Below, in pieces: positions 50,576 through 60,668 of a DNA stretch of 64,000 bases. Below the pieces are notes generated by a model. That model did not search any database. It was given only the letters and a program-made list of their open reading frames with translations, and was not told where the DNA came from. The stretch is from Arcobacteraceae bacterium (lineage in GTDB: Bacteria; Campylobacterota; Campylobacteria; Campylobacterales; Arcobacteraceae). A program made the position numbers and the translations under genes. The DNA lies in assembly GCA_965224485.1 (NCBI GenBank), contig CBDCZH010000016.1:224001-288000 (forward strand). The letters are read 5' to 3'. Position 1 is the first letter of the stretch, and every line of letters begins with the position of its first letter.

Positions 50576-51988
50576 TTATTTATTTAATCTTTTAGAAAAA
50601 ATATTTTCAGCCCATTCTGTAATTGGACCTCTTAATACTTTTATTAATTTAATTGCAAAAATATTTACAAGTTCTGATTTTTCTTTTGTTGATTTTAAAA
50701 GTGTTGTAAGTGAGTTTGTATGTTTGTTTACAAAAAAGTTGTCAATTTGTTTATTTGAACCTAAAATTATAACTTTACAGGTATTGTCTATTCTTGATAA
50801 AACCATTTGCATAGTTTTATTTGACATATTTTGTGCCTCATCAATGATAATAAAAGCATTTGATAGTGTTCTTCCTCTCATTTCTCCCACCCACATAGTC
50901 TCAATATGGTGATTTTGCATGATTTGTTCAACTCTTAAGCTTACATCTTGTTCTTCTATCTCTTCATAAGAGTGTTTTTTATTTGAACGTTTGTTTTTAT
51001 GTTCAGTTCTTACTATATAGTTTAAACTATCCATTAATGGATGATTATAAATTAAGAACTTTTCTTCAAGTCCAGGTAAATAACCAACATCTTCACCCTT
51101 GTCTAAAGACTCAATAGAATTTCTTATATAGATTATTCTTTGATAATCCTTTCTTTTTACTAATTTTAAAGCACCTGAGAGAGCTAAAAGAGTTTTTCCT
51201 GACCCAGCTAAGGCTTCTGTGATTAAAACGTTGTAAGAAGGGCTTATTATTGCATTACAAAAGAATAGTTGCTCTTTATTTAAAGGTGTTATTATCTGAT
51301 TTCTAATTTCACTCTCATTTAATAAAACAATTTTCTCATTTATTATACTTGCTAGAATTATTTGATCCGAACTTTTTACTTTAAAGCAGTAAGAAAAATT
51401 ATGAACTTTATATTCTTTATCATAGTTTTTAATATCAGCTGAATCTAAAAACTCAATATCATTAAAGTTAATAGTAATATCTTTTATATAAGCATAATCA
51501 AACTCTTCTTTATTTGATCCAAGTAAAGAATCAGTTGGAATATCAAGAGATAAAGCTCTCATTCTTGCCATAATATCTAAAGATAAGAATGTGATTTTAT
51601 GCTTGTAATACTCTTTTGCAAAAGATGCAACTTCTAAAATTTTTCTATCATTAATGATATTTAAAGAAATATTTTTAGTATCAAGAGTATATATATCTTT
51701 AGAAATAATATCAACAATACAATTTGTTTTATGTAGAACTTCAAGCCTTATTATTTTTAAACCATTTTGTACTTTAGATTCTAAAATATTAGAATTCTCT
51801 AATATTCTTGCAAACTCTCTTGCTTGAAAGTTTATCTCATCAAAACCAGATTTTTTTGTATCTATTTCGTCTAAAACAATTTCAGGAAGAATTATTAAAT
51901 TTTTTCCCTCATCTGCTAATCTAAATAAATTATTTGCATCTTCTAATAAGATATTTGTATCTAGAACATAAAGTTTTTCAAAAGTCAT
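50576..51988 (-). CDS. PIN-domain PhoH-family ATPase (PhoH2/YlaK-like)
   Basis: VLDTNILL, LDEID, NDRKIL (PIN); AGSGKT, MRGRTL, DEAQN (PhoH). Confidence 0.92.
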   Translation of the reverse strand: MTFEKLYVLDTNILLEDANNLFRLADEGKNLIILPEIVLDEIDTKKSGFDEINFQAREFARILENSNILESKVQNGLKIIRLEVLHKTNCIVDIISKDIYTLDTKNISLNIINDRKILEVASFAKEYYKHKITFLSLDIMARMRALSLDIPTDSLLGSNKEEFDYAYIKDITINFNDIEFLDSADIKNYDKEYKVHNFSYCFKVKSSDQIILASIINEKIVLLNESEIRNQIITPLNKEQLFFCNAIISPSYNVLITEALAGSGKTLLALSGALKLVKRKDYQRIIYIRNSIESLDKGEDVGYLPGLEEKFLIYNHPLMDSLNYIVRTEHKNKRSNKKHSYEEIEEQDVSLRVEQIMQNHHIETMWVGEMRGRTLSNAFIIIDEAQNMSNKTMQMVLSRIDNTCKVIILGSNKQIDNFFVNKHTNSLTTLLKSTKEKSELVNIFAIKLIKVLRGPITEWAENIFSKRLNK

Positions 51989-52503
51989 TATTTTCCTTTA
52001 GGTTTTTGATTAAAGACTTTATATATTATAAAAGCGCCAAAAATTAAGGTAATAATTGTAAAAAGAAGTGAAAAGGTTTTAGTAATTACATAAGCTACAA
52101 TTAGTAAAGATAATATTGTTGGTACTTCATTATAAGCTCTAAAAAAGTTTCCACTTTTTGTACACTTATCTTCAATTAACTGTTTTCTGTAATAATCTAA
52201 AGAGTAAGAATAAGCGATTAAAAATATTAAAACTACAAGTTTTGCATAAATCCAATAACCAGAATCAAAAATTCCAGAATTTAAATACAGCATAAAAGCA
52301 CCAGAAATAATAGTTGCCCACATAGCAGGTTCACCAATTATTTTATATATTTTTCTCTCTTGTACTTTAGCTATTTCTTGATACTCTTTACACTCTTTGT
52401 TTTCAACATGGTAAACAAAAATTCTAGGCAGATAAAATAACATTGCCATCCATGACATAAGTGCCATTAGGTGGAAGGTTAAAACCCATGAATAATATTC
52501 CAT
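51988..52503 (-). CDS. hemJ: Protoporphyrinogen IX oxidase HemJ
   Basis: FHLMALMSWMAMLFYLPRIFVYH, FRAYNEVPT. Confidence 0.92.
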   Translation of the reverse strand: MEYYSWVLTFHLMALMSWMAMLFYLPRIFVYHVENKECKEYQEIAKVQERKIYKIIGEPAMWATIISGAFMLYLNSGIFDSGYWIYAKLVVLIFLIAYSYSLDYYRKQLIEDKCTKSGNFFRAYNEVPTILSLLIVAYVITKTFSLLFTIITLIFGAFIIYKVFNQKPKGK

Positions 52504-52511
52504 TATATTCC

Positions 52512-53696
52512 TTACTTTTTAGCTTTTATCTTCTTTATCCACTCATCTAAAGTTTTTTCAAAAGCGATATTTTTAGATTCATAAAAACTCAAATCCTGAG
52601 ATAAATATTTTTGTTCTACATAACCACCAAAATCATGTGGATATTTATATCCCAAATGAGAAGAATCTATATGTTTTGGTATTTCTAATATTTTACCATT
52701 TTTAACTTCATTTAATGCTTTATTAATTGCAAGATAAGAAGAGTTAGATTTAGGACAAGATGCTAAATAAACTACACATTGTGCTAATATTATTCTACTT
52801 TCTGGATAACCAATTTTATGAACAGCTTGCATGGTTGATACTGCTAGATTAAAAGCATTTGGATTTGCATTTCCAATATCTTCACTTGCAAAGATTACTA
52901 AGCGTCTTACTATAAAATCTGGTGATTCTCCACCTTCTATTAGTCTTGAGAGATAATAAATTGAAGCATCTACATCAGAACCTCTTAGAGATTTAATCAT
53001 AGCAGAGGCTAAATCATAATGTGAAGATGAAGAACTTATTCCATCTCCAATTACACTTTGTCTAAGTTCTCTTAGAGTTTCTACTTTTACGTCTTCATCA
53101 ATTTTAAAAGCAAAATCTAAAAGATTTAACATAGCTCTAGCATCACCAGAACTTGAATTTATTAAATAATCTATGCTATCTTCATTTAAGCTAGTTCCTA
53201 GAGCTTTTTGAGCAATTTTAAGAATATCTATTAGTTCTTCTTTGTTTAAGGCTTTAAACTCAAATACGAAGCTTCTTGAACGTATTGCTGATGTTAGAGT
53301 AAAAAAAGGATTTTCAGTTGAAGCTCCAAGAATAATAGCCTCATAGTTTTCCATAATTGGAAGTAAAACTTCTTGTTGGTTTTTTGATAATCTATGAACT
53401 TCATCTATGAAAATTAAAGGTTTCAAAAAAGAGTTCTTATATCTATCAAACACTTTTCTTAAATCTTCTACTTTTATACTTGTTGCATTAAAATTGTAAT
53501 AATCTGTATCAAGAGTTTTTGCTATTATTTTAGCAAGAGTAGTTTTTCCACTTCCAGGTTTTCCGTAAAAAAACATATGTGGAATATCTTTTTTTTTAAT
53601 TAGTTTATATAATACTTTATCTTTTGAGATTATATGAGATTGACCAACAAATGTTTCTAAAGATGTTGGTCGTAAAATATTAGCTAGTTTATTCAT
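52512..53696 (-). CDS. rarA: Replication-associated recombination protein A
   Basis: LRP..L..FVGQ, GKPGSGKTT, DEVHR, STENP, IKSLRGSD, ASEDIGNA. Confidence 0.95.
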   Translation of the reverse strand: MNKLANILRPTSLETFVGQSHIISKDKVLYKLIKKKDIPHMFFYGKPGSGKTTLAKIIAKTLDTDYYNFNATSIKVEDLRKVFDRYKNSFLKPLIFIDEVHRLSKNQQEVLLPIMENYEAIILGASTENPFFTLTSAIRSRSFVFEFKALNKEELIDILKIAQKALGTSLNEDSIDYLINSSSGDARAMLNLLDFAFKIDEDVKVETLRELRQSVIGDGISSSSSHYDLASAMIKSLRGSDVDASIYYLSRLIEGGESPDFIVRRLVIFASEDIGNANPNAFNLAVSTMQAVHKIGYPESRIILAQCVVYLASCPKSNSSYLAINKALNEVKNGKILEIPKHIDSSHLGYKYPHDFGGYVEQKYLSQDLSFYESKNIAFEKTLDEWIKKIKAKK

Positions 53697-54498
53697 TTTC
53701 TAAAAAATGTCTAAGGTTTTTATACTCTTCTCTGCTTAGGTATCTACTTTTTCCTGTTGGAAGATTGTTTAAAGATATTCCACCAAAGTCTAGTCTTTTC
53801 AAATCCATAACATCTAATTCAAAGTGAGCAAAGAATCTTCTTAACTCTCTGTTCTTACCTTCTGAAATAGCAACTTTAAGTTTTGAGAATTTTTCTCCGT
53901 TTGAGATTATTTGATATTTATCAAAGGCAGAAAAAGACATAGATCTAATAGTTGATTTATCATGTGCTCCTGAACTTGCATCTTCTAGATGTAAACCTTC
54001 TTGCATAGCAACTTCCATTTGTTTTGTAATTGGTCCATTTACTTTTATCTTATAAATTCTTTGTAAATTAGAGTGCATAAGTTTATTTACAATATCAACA
54101 GAATCAGATAGCAGTAAAACACCCTCAGAAGCATAATCTAATCTACCTACACATAAAAAGTGTTTAAACTTATGTTCTAGTGAATCATAAACTATTTTTC
54201 TTCCTTGAGGATCTTTCTTAGTAACTAATTCACCTTTTGGTTTATTATAAACTATAACTGTAGGTATTTTGTTTTTATCAATTTTAATTGCTTTGCTATC
54301 GATTGAAACTACATCATTTCTTTGAACTTTAGTTGCTAAAGATTTAACAACTTTATCATCTATTGAAACTCTTTCATCTTCTATTAATTTATCAGCTTCT
54401 CTTCTTGAGTATTTTGTATTATGAGAGATATATTTGTTTAATCTAACTTCTTCATATATATCTTTATCTCTTCTTGGTTTTGAGTATTCTTTGCTCAT
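53689..54498 (-). CDS. rluB: RsuA/RluB-family pseudouridine synthase
   Basis: S4 domain RLNKYI..SRREAD, VGRLDYASEG, EGKNRELRR. Confidence 0.9.
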   Translation of the reverse strand: MSKEYSKPRRDKDIYEEVRLNKYISHNTKYSRREADKLIEDERVSIDDKVVKSLATKVQRNDVVSIDSKAIKIDKNKIPTVIVYNKPKGELVTKKDPQGRKIVYDSLEHKFKHFLCVGRLDYASEGVLLLSDSVDIVNKLMHSNLQRIYKIKVNGPITKQMEVAMQEGLHLEDASSGAHDKSTIRSMSFSAFDKYQIISNGEKFSKLKVAISEGKNRELRRFFAHFELDVMDLKRLDFGGISLNNLPTGKSRYLSREEYKNLRHFLENE

Positions 54499-54506
54499 TT
54501 CTTTCC

Positions 54507-55473
54507 TTATTTTATTCCAGCAGCAATAAGATCATGTATATGTAAAACTCCAAGGAGTTTTTCATCTTTATCAACTATAATTAAAAGTTGTATCTTATAA
54601 TCTTCTATTAGCTCTAAAGCATCACTTGCTAAAATATTTTTATCATTTAATTTTTTTGGATTTTTATTAGCAATTTCTTCTACTAAACAATCCATTGAAA
54701 AATCTTTTTTCATTAATGCTCGTCTTAAATCTCCATCACTTAAAACAGCAATAATTCTGTTTTCTTTATCAGTAATTAAAACATTACCAAGTCTTCCCTC
54801 ACTCATAATAACTATTGCATCTTTAAGTTTAGTTTCACGTGAAACGATAGGAAGATTCTCTTTTCTTAATAAATCGTCAACTTTTATAAAAAGTTTCTTA
54901 CCTAAAGACCCACCAGGGTGAAAAGAGGCAAAATCCTCTTTTTTGAAATTTCTTTTTTTCATTAGACAAACGGCTAAAGCATCACCTATAGCCATTGTTA
55001 ATGTTGTTGATGATGTTGGAGCTATATCTAAAGGACAAGCTTCTTTTTCAATTGAAATGTCAAAAAAGATATCTGAATATTTTCCTAATGTTGAGTTTTT
55101 GTCTTTGGCCATTGCTAATAAAGGAATATCAAATCTCTTAAGATGAGGAAGAAGTTGTATTAACTCTTCACTCTCTCCTGAATAAGATATTGCTTAAAAC
55201 AATATCATTTTTATCAATCATTCCTAAATCACCATGCATAGCTTCTGTTGGATGAATGAAAAAAGATGATGTTCCTGTGCTCGCAAGTGTAGCTGCAATT
55301 TTACTTGCAACTAAACCTGACTTTCCTACACCTGTTATAATTAATTTACCAGAAGACTTAACTACTAACGCAACTGCTTTTTCAAACTCATATGAGTCTA
55401 TATTTAAAGCAGCTCTTTGTAGCTCTTTTGCTTCTATTAGTAGTACTTCTTTTGCTATTTCATTATAATTCAT
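54507..55473 (-). pseudogene. kdsD: Arabinose-5-phosphate isomerase KdsD/KpsF (SIS + CBS), split by a +1 frameshift (probably sequencing error)
   Basis: GVGKSG, HPTEAMHGDLG in the first ORF; APTSSTT, HPGGSLG and CBS domains in the second. Removing one base at about 55194 restores VLAISYSGES. Confidence 0.9.
54831..54846. other. parS centromere-like site inside kdsD
   Basis: aGTTTCACGTGAAACg, a perfect 14-bp core of the consensus TGTTTCACGTGAAACA; encodes VSRET. Confidence 0.75.
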
Positions 55474-55481
55474 ATTTTTCC

Positions 55482-57560
55482 TTATTGAACAAATATTGTT
55501 GGAACAATCATAGGGTATTTTTTATATTTTCTTGTACAATGTTTTCTTACTACTTTTCTAAGTTCATCTTCTAATACTCTAGTATTTTTGAAAATACCTT
55601 CTTTTGAATTTGAAAGAAAAGTTGCTAATAAATCTTCAATCTCTTTTGCAAAAAATTTATCTTCTTTATCTGGAACTAAACCAAATGATGTAACTCTTGC
55701 TCTTTGAGCTAAAGTTCTATCACTTTCATTAATTTGAGCTACAATCATAACAACACCTTCGTTTGCCATCGTTTGTCTATCTATTATAATGTCATCTGAA
55801 ATTTTGTTATTTAATTGGTTATCAATATATACTTTTCCAGTTTTAACTGATTTAACTTTTTTAAGATATTTAGGAGTTACTTCAATTTGTTCTCCATCAC
55901 TCATAATATAAACATTTCTCTCTAAAACACCACATTGAATACCTGTATCAGCATGTTTTAAAGCATGGTTATACTCTCCATGAATTGGCATAAAGAATTT
56001 AGGTTTAGTTAATCTTAACATTAGTTTTTGCTCTTCTTGTGCAGCATGTCCTGAAACATGAATTTCAGAGAAATCTTTATAAGCTACATTAGCTCCAGCT
56101 TTTAATAAGTGATTTAATACAGCAGATACACTAGCTTCATTTCCTGGAATTGCTTTAGCAGATAATATTATTTGATCACCTGGCTTGATTTTAATATGTC
56201 TATGCTCATGAATTGACATTCTGTAAAGTGCAGACATAGCTTCACCTTGACTTCCTGTTGTAATAATTAAAACTTCTTTATCTGGATATTTATTTACTTC
56301 ATGTGCATCAATAAATTGATCTTTTGGAAACTTAATATATCCAAGTCCCATTGCTAAATCAAGATTTTTTTCCATTGATCGTCCAATAACACAGACTTTT
56401 CTACCATATTTAATACCATGATCAATTGCTTGAGAAACTCTATGAATATTAGATGAAAATGTAGACATGATAACTCTACCTTTTGTTTTAGAAAAAATTC
56501 TATCAAAAGTAGGACCTACAGTCTTTTCAGTTTTTGTAAAACCTGGTGAGTGTGAGTTTGTTGAATCAGATAATAATAAAAGAACACCTTTCTCACCATA
56601 ATGAGCAAATCTATGTAAATCAGTTGGATAAGCATCAATTGGAGTATGATCTATTTTAAAATCACCAGTATGTATAATTGTTCCAGCTTCTGTTGTAATT
56701 GCTAAAGAAGATGCATCTATAATTGAGTGAGTAATATGCATCCATTCAACTTCAAAATCACCTATTTTAATTGGTTTTCTTTTTTCAATTGCTCTAAATA
56801 AGTTTCTATGTTGTCTCATTTTATGCTCATCAAACTTTGAACCAATCATTTCAAGTGGTAAAGATGTTCCATATACTTCAAATTGCATTTCTTTAAATAA
56901 ATAAGGCATTGCTCCAATATGATCTTCATGACCATGAGTAATTACAATACCAGCAATTTTGTCTTTAATTTCTCTTAAATATGAAAAATCAGGAATTAAA
57001 ATATCAACTCCATGCATATCATCATCAGGGAAACTCATACCAACATCAACAATAATTGCAGACTTCTCAGTCTCAATTACCATCATATTTCCACCAATTT
57101 CACCTAAACCACCTAAAGGAGTGATTCTAACTTTTGCTTTTGTATTTAAATCTAATTTATAGTGAGGATTCAATCTATCTTTATGAATTCTTTCATTAAT
57201 AACGTGAGCTTTTCTTAAGTCACTAATCCAACCTTCACCACTTTGTTCTTCAACCGTAGGAATTACATTTGTTCTTTTCTTTGGTTTTTTGAATTTATTT
57301 GATTTTGAAGCAGGTTTATTATTCGCATTATTTTTTGCATTAGGATTAGCTTTTGCATTATTTGCATTATTTGCCGTATTTGTATTGTTCTTTGAATTAT
57401 TAGCAGCAGGCTTTTTATTTTGAGTATTAGCCGCTTGATTTGTTTGCTTTGAAGCACCAGTTGTTTGTTTGCTTTGTAAAGCAGTGCTAGTTTGAGTATT
57501 TTCTACAGTCTTAGTGTCTAAATTGTTACTTTGACTCGGATTGCTCTTTATTTCTTCCAT
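55482..57560 (-). CDS. rnj: Ribonuclease J with long low-complexity N-terminal extension
   Basis: PLGGLGEIGGN, THGHEDHIG, HTGDFK, HVSGH, PIHGE. Confidence 0.96.
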   Translation of the reverse strand: MEEIKSNPSQSNNLDTKTVENTQTSTALQSKQTTGASKQTNQAANTQNKKPAANNSKNNTNTANNANNAKANPNAKNNANNKPASKSNKFKKPKKRTNVIPTVEEQSGEGWISDLRKAHVINERIHKDRLNPHYKLDLNTKAKVRITPLGGLGEIGGNMMVIETEKSAIIVDVGMSFPDDDMHGVDILIPDFSYLREIKDKIAGIVITHGHEDHIGAMPYLFKEMQFEVYGTSLPLEMIGSKFDEHKMRQHRNLFRAIEKRKPIKIGDFEVEWMHITHSIIDASSLAITTEAGTIIHTGDFKIDHTPIDAYPTDLHRFAHYGEKGVLLLLSDSTNSHSPGFTKTEKTVGPTFDRIFSKTKGRVIMSTFSSNIHRVSQAIDHGIKYGRKVCVIGRSMEKNLDLAMGLGYIKFPKDQFIDAHEVNKYPDKEVLIITTGSQGEAMSALYRMSIHEHRHIKIKPGDQIILSAKAIPGNEASVSAVLNHLLKAGANVAYKDFSEIHVSGHAAQEEQKLMLRLTKPKFFMPIHGEYNHALKHADTGIQCGVLERNVYIMSDGEQIEVTPKYLKKVKSVKTGKVYIDNQLNNKISDDIIIDRQTMANEGVVMIVAQINESDRTLAQRARVTSFGLVPDKEDKFFAKEIEDLLATFLSNSKEGIFKNTRVLEDELRKVVRKHCTRKYKKYPMIVPTIFVQ

Positions 57561-58344
57561 ACATTTCTACCTTTTTGTACATTTGGCTATACAAAGATGC
57601 GCAGACTTGGTGAGGTCGAATATTATCATCAAGATTTAACTCTTCAAATATCTTTAGAACATGAATTTTAGCAACTATTGATGAAAGGTTTTTAGAAAGT
57701 TTTTTTCTAGGCTGTATAAAACAGGCCTTTAAAAAACTCTTAAATCCTTTATCCAAAGTTTTACCCATATCTTTTTTGATATATAAAATAGACGACATTA
57801 CTTTAGGAGGTGGATCAAATGATTCAGGAGGGACATCAAATAGTATCCTTGAATCACGTGATAAAAGTTTTGTCATAACTGAAAGTGATGAAAATTCTTT
57901 ATCACCTTCATTTGCTGAAAACTTTTTCGCAACCTCTTTTTGAAGCATAACAATAATATGTTCACAATTGTCATCTTCTAATGCTCTTAATATAATATTT
58001 GTTGCAATATAGTAGGGTAAATTAGCAATTAAATTGTATTTACCTTCATACAAAGTTACTTGTTTATCCCAAGCTTCTAGAACATCTGTGTGAATCAGTT
58101 CTAGTTTTTTACTTTGTAGTTCTACTGCAAACTTTGTTTTTAAGATACCAATTAAATCAGTATCTACCTCATAAGCTCTCACATCTTTGTATTTGACTAA
58201 AATTTCTGTCAAATCACCTAATCCAGGCCCTATTTCAACCACTTTTGAATTGCCTTGGGGCATCGATTCGATGATCTTTGCTAAAATATTTTTATCTTTT
58301 AAGAAGTTCTGTCCGAACCTTTTTTTTGCTTTTAAATTTTCCAT
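57526..58344 (-). CDS. rsmA: 16S rRNA m6,2A dimethyltransferase
   Basis: KKRFGQNFL, EIGPGLG, ANLPYYI, QKEVA, PPPKV. Confidence 0.96.
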   Translation of the reverse strand: MENLKAKKRFGQNFLKDKNILAKIIESMPQGNSKVVEIGPGLGDLTEILVKYKDVRAYEVDTDLIGILKTKFAVELQSKKLELIHTDVLEAWDKQVTLYEGKYNLIANLPYYIATNIILRALEDDNCEHIIVMLQKEVAKKFSANEGDKEFSSLSVMTKLLSRDSRILFDVPPESFDPPPKVMSSILYIKKDMGKTLDKGFKSFLKACFIQPRKKLSKNLSSIVAKIHVLKIFEELNLDDNIRPHQVCASLYSQMYKKVEMYGRNKEQSESK

Positions 58345-58416
58345 ACAAAAACGAGTATATCTGCTTTTAACTTATAATTAGATAAGATTTATACCTAAAT
58401 TTCAAAGGAAATCAAT

Positions 58417-59178
58417 TTGAGTAGTTTTGCAAAGAGAATAATTCCATGTTTAGATGTTAAAGATGGAAGAGTAGTAAAGGGCGTTAACTTCGTTGGTCTT
58501 CGTGATGCTGGAGATCCTGTAGAAGTTGCCAAGAGATACAATCAAGAAGGTGCTGATGAAATTACTTTTTTAGATATTACAGCAAGTAGTGATAATAGAG
58601 ATACTATTGTTGATATTGTAAAAGATGTAGCCCAAGAGGTATTTATACCTTTAACTGTAGGTGGTGGAATTAGAAAACTTGAAGATATTTACTCCTTATT
58701 AAATGTAGGCTGCGATAAAGTTTCAATAAATTCTTCTGCTGTAGTAAATCCAGCTTTTATAAATGAAGCTTCTAAAAGATTTGGTTCTCAATGTATTGTT
58801 GTAGCAATTGATGTTAAAAGAGTAAGTGACGGTTCTTATCACGTTTTTGTAAAAGGTGGACGTGAAGATACTGGTCTTGATGCTTTAAAGTGGGCAAAAG
58901 AAGTTTATGATAGAGGTGCAGGCGAAATTTTGCTAACTTCTATGGATACTGATGGATCTAAAAGTGGTTTTGAATTAAATATAACAAAACAAGTTTGCGA
59001 GCTTATTGATATTCCTGTTATTGCTTCTGGTGGAGCTGGAACTATGCTTCATATGAAAGAAGCTTTTGATTGTGGAGCAAGTGCTGCCTTAGCTGCTTCA
59101 ATTTTCCATTTTAAAGAGATTGATATTATGGATTTGAAACATTATCTAAGAGATAATAATATACCTGTAAGGATATAA
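58417..59178 (+). CDS. hisF: Imidazole glycerol phosphate synthase subunit HisF
   Basis: [37 protein letters not shown]. Confidence 0.98.
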   Translation: MSSFAKRIIPCLDVKDGRVVKGVNFVGLRDAGDPVEVAKRYNQEGADEITFLDITASSDNRDTIVDIVKDVAQEVFIPLTVGGGIRKLEDIYSLLNVGCDKVSINSSAVVNPAFINEASKRFGSQCIVVAIDVKRVSDGSYHVFVKGGREDTGLDALKWAKEVYDRGAGEILLTSMDTDGSKSGFELNITKQVCELIDIPVIASGGAGTMLHMKEAFDCGASAALAASIFHFKEIDIMDLKHYLRDNNIPVRI

Positions 59179-59179
59179 T

Positions 59180-59863
59180 ATGAAAAAAGTTGCCCTTTTA
59201 TTTACGAGTGGATTTTTACTAAGCCAAGTTTTCGCTTATGATATAAATTTTTCAAAAAACTTCTCAAAAAAACTTATGCCAGATATTTTAAGTACAAATT
59301 TAAGTATAAGAATTGAAGGAAAAAACGAACAAGAAATATCAAATAAACTAGCTATTTTTAATAAAGAAATTAAAGAAAATAAAGTACTTGATAAAAAACT
59401 AGGTTCTTATAATGTAAGACCTAATTTTAAGTACTCTTCAAATAATAGTCCAAAAATAACTGGTTATGTTGGAGAGCTTAGATATAAAATAGAATCAAAT
59501 AATGCTAAAGATATAAACACCTTTATAACTAGTATAAATACTTTAAAAAAATCACGTAGTACATCAATTTCTGTTTCAGGATTATCGTGGAAAGTAAAAG
59601 ATGATACTTACAATGTAGCTTTAGATATTTTACGTTTAGAATCTATTTATTGGATTGAAACATATGTTAATAATTTGTCAAAAGATTTAAATAAAAAATG
59701 TGAAGTAAAAAATATAAATATATCTGCATTTAATAGACCTGTTTCATATGCAATGAGTAGAAATTTCCAAGGAAGTGAAATGATATCTGATTCAATTCCA
59801 GTTCCTCAAGCGAATAATCAGAAAATTTCTATTCATCCTATTTATAAGGTTGATTGTAAGTGA
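59180..59863 (+). CDS. SIMPL (DUF541) domain periplasmic protein
   Basis: Signal peptide; pattern YNVRP.F.Y....I.GY, typical of SIMPL proteins. Confidence 0.6.
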   Translation: MKKVALLFTSGFLLSQVFAYDINFSKNFSKKLMPDILSTNLSIRIEGKNEQEISNKLAIFNKEIKENKVLDKKLGSYNVRPNFKYSSNNSPKITGYVGELRYKIESNNAKDINTFITSINTLKKSRSTSISVSGLSWKVKDDTYNVALDILRLESIYWIETYVNNLSKDLNKKCEVKNINISAFNRPVSYAMSRNFQGSEMISDSIPVPQANNQKISIHPIYKVDCK

Positions 59864-60396
59864 TAGTCTGTGCGGGAGATATTGAGAGTTTTAAATTTGC
59901 TAAAGCTATGGGAATAGGACTTGTTAATTCAGCAATTAATCTTACAAGGTTATGTTTATTTGATAAACCTGAGTATTTACTTTTTATTGGAACTGCTGGT
60001 TCTTATGGTGATTATAAGATATTTGATATTGTGGAGTCTAAAAGAGCAGCTAACTTAGAGCTTAGTTTCTTAAACAATGATTCATATACACCTTTGGATA
60101 ATGTACTGCAAAGTGATAACAACTTTGTAAAAAATGATACGATTGTTAACTCTTCTAATTATATAAGTACAAATGAGAACTTATGTAAGAAGTTTAAAGA
60201 GTACTCAATAGGAATTGAAAATATGGAATTCTTTTCTATGCTTAGTGTAGCTAAAGAGTTTGAGATTCCAGCAGCTGGTATTTTTGTAGTTACTAATTAT
60301 ACTAATAAAAATGCCCATGAAGATTTTAAAAAAAATCATGAAGAAGCTATGGCTAAGCTTACTAATTATTTACTAGAAAAGAAAATTATAAAGTAA
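59860..60396 (+). CDS. Purine nucleoside phosphorylase/PNP_UDP-family protein
   Basis: GIGLV, FIGTAGSY, ENMEFFS, VTNY. Confidence 0.8.
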   Translation: MIVCAGDIESFKFAKAMGIGLVNSAINLTRLCLFDKPEYLLFIGTAGSYGDYKIFDIVESKRAANLELSFLNNDSYTPLDNVLQSDNNFVKNDTIVNSSNYISTNENLCKKFKEYSIGIENMEFFSMLSVAKEFEIPAAGIFVVTNYTNKNAHEDFKKNHEEAMAKLTNYLLEKKIIK

Positions 60397-60412
60397 TGTT
60401 TCATGTGAAACA
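60397..60412. other. parS centromere-like site
   Basis: TGTTTCATGTGAAACA, 15/16 match to the consensus parS. Confidence 0.8.
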
Positions 60413-60482
60413 TTTAAAAAGCAAAGAGTTTTGCTTTTTAAATGTTGAAAAATTAGAATAGATTAGCAAAGAGTTTTGCTTT
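60409..60482. repeat. 17-bp-stem hairpin plus duplicated 18-mer AGCAAAGAGTTTTGCTTT
   Basis: aacatttaaaaagcaaa/tttgctttttaaatgtt at 60409-60446; the 18-mer occurs at 60420 and 60465. Confidence 0.75.
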
Positions 60483-60668
60483 AACTCTTTAAGTAAAATT
60501 GATATGAGAACAAAGAGCGTAAATATCTTTGCTTTTCAAATCTTGAATAAGTAAAATTAAAAATAAAAAGTCTAAGAATTTTAATCTTAAATAAGTAGAA
60601 TAAAAATTAATATTAAAATAATAGAACTAATAAAAAAAGTATAATAATAAAGAACAAGAAGGAAAATA

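Noticed and set aside
57850..57865. TGAATCACGTGATAAA as a third parS
   Set aside because: Four mismatches to the consensus; only the central CACGTG palindrome matches
3046..58381. Short antisense or off-frame ORFs (e.g. 3046, 8622, 10122, 14966, 16385, 21085, 22242, 24972, 25597, 27562, 29268, 33902, 36713, 41148, 45997, 48348, 49018, 50571, 54943, 55256, 56959, 57263, 58187)
   Set aside because: They lie within or largely overlap well-supported genes and have no recognisable motifs or RBS
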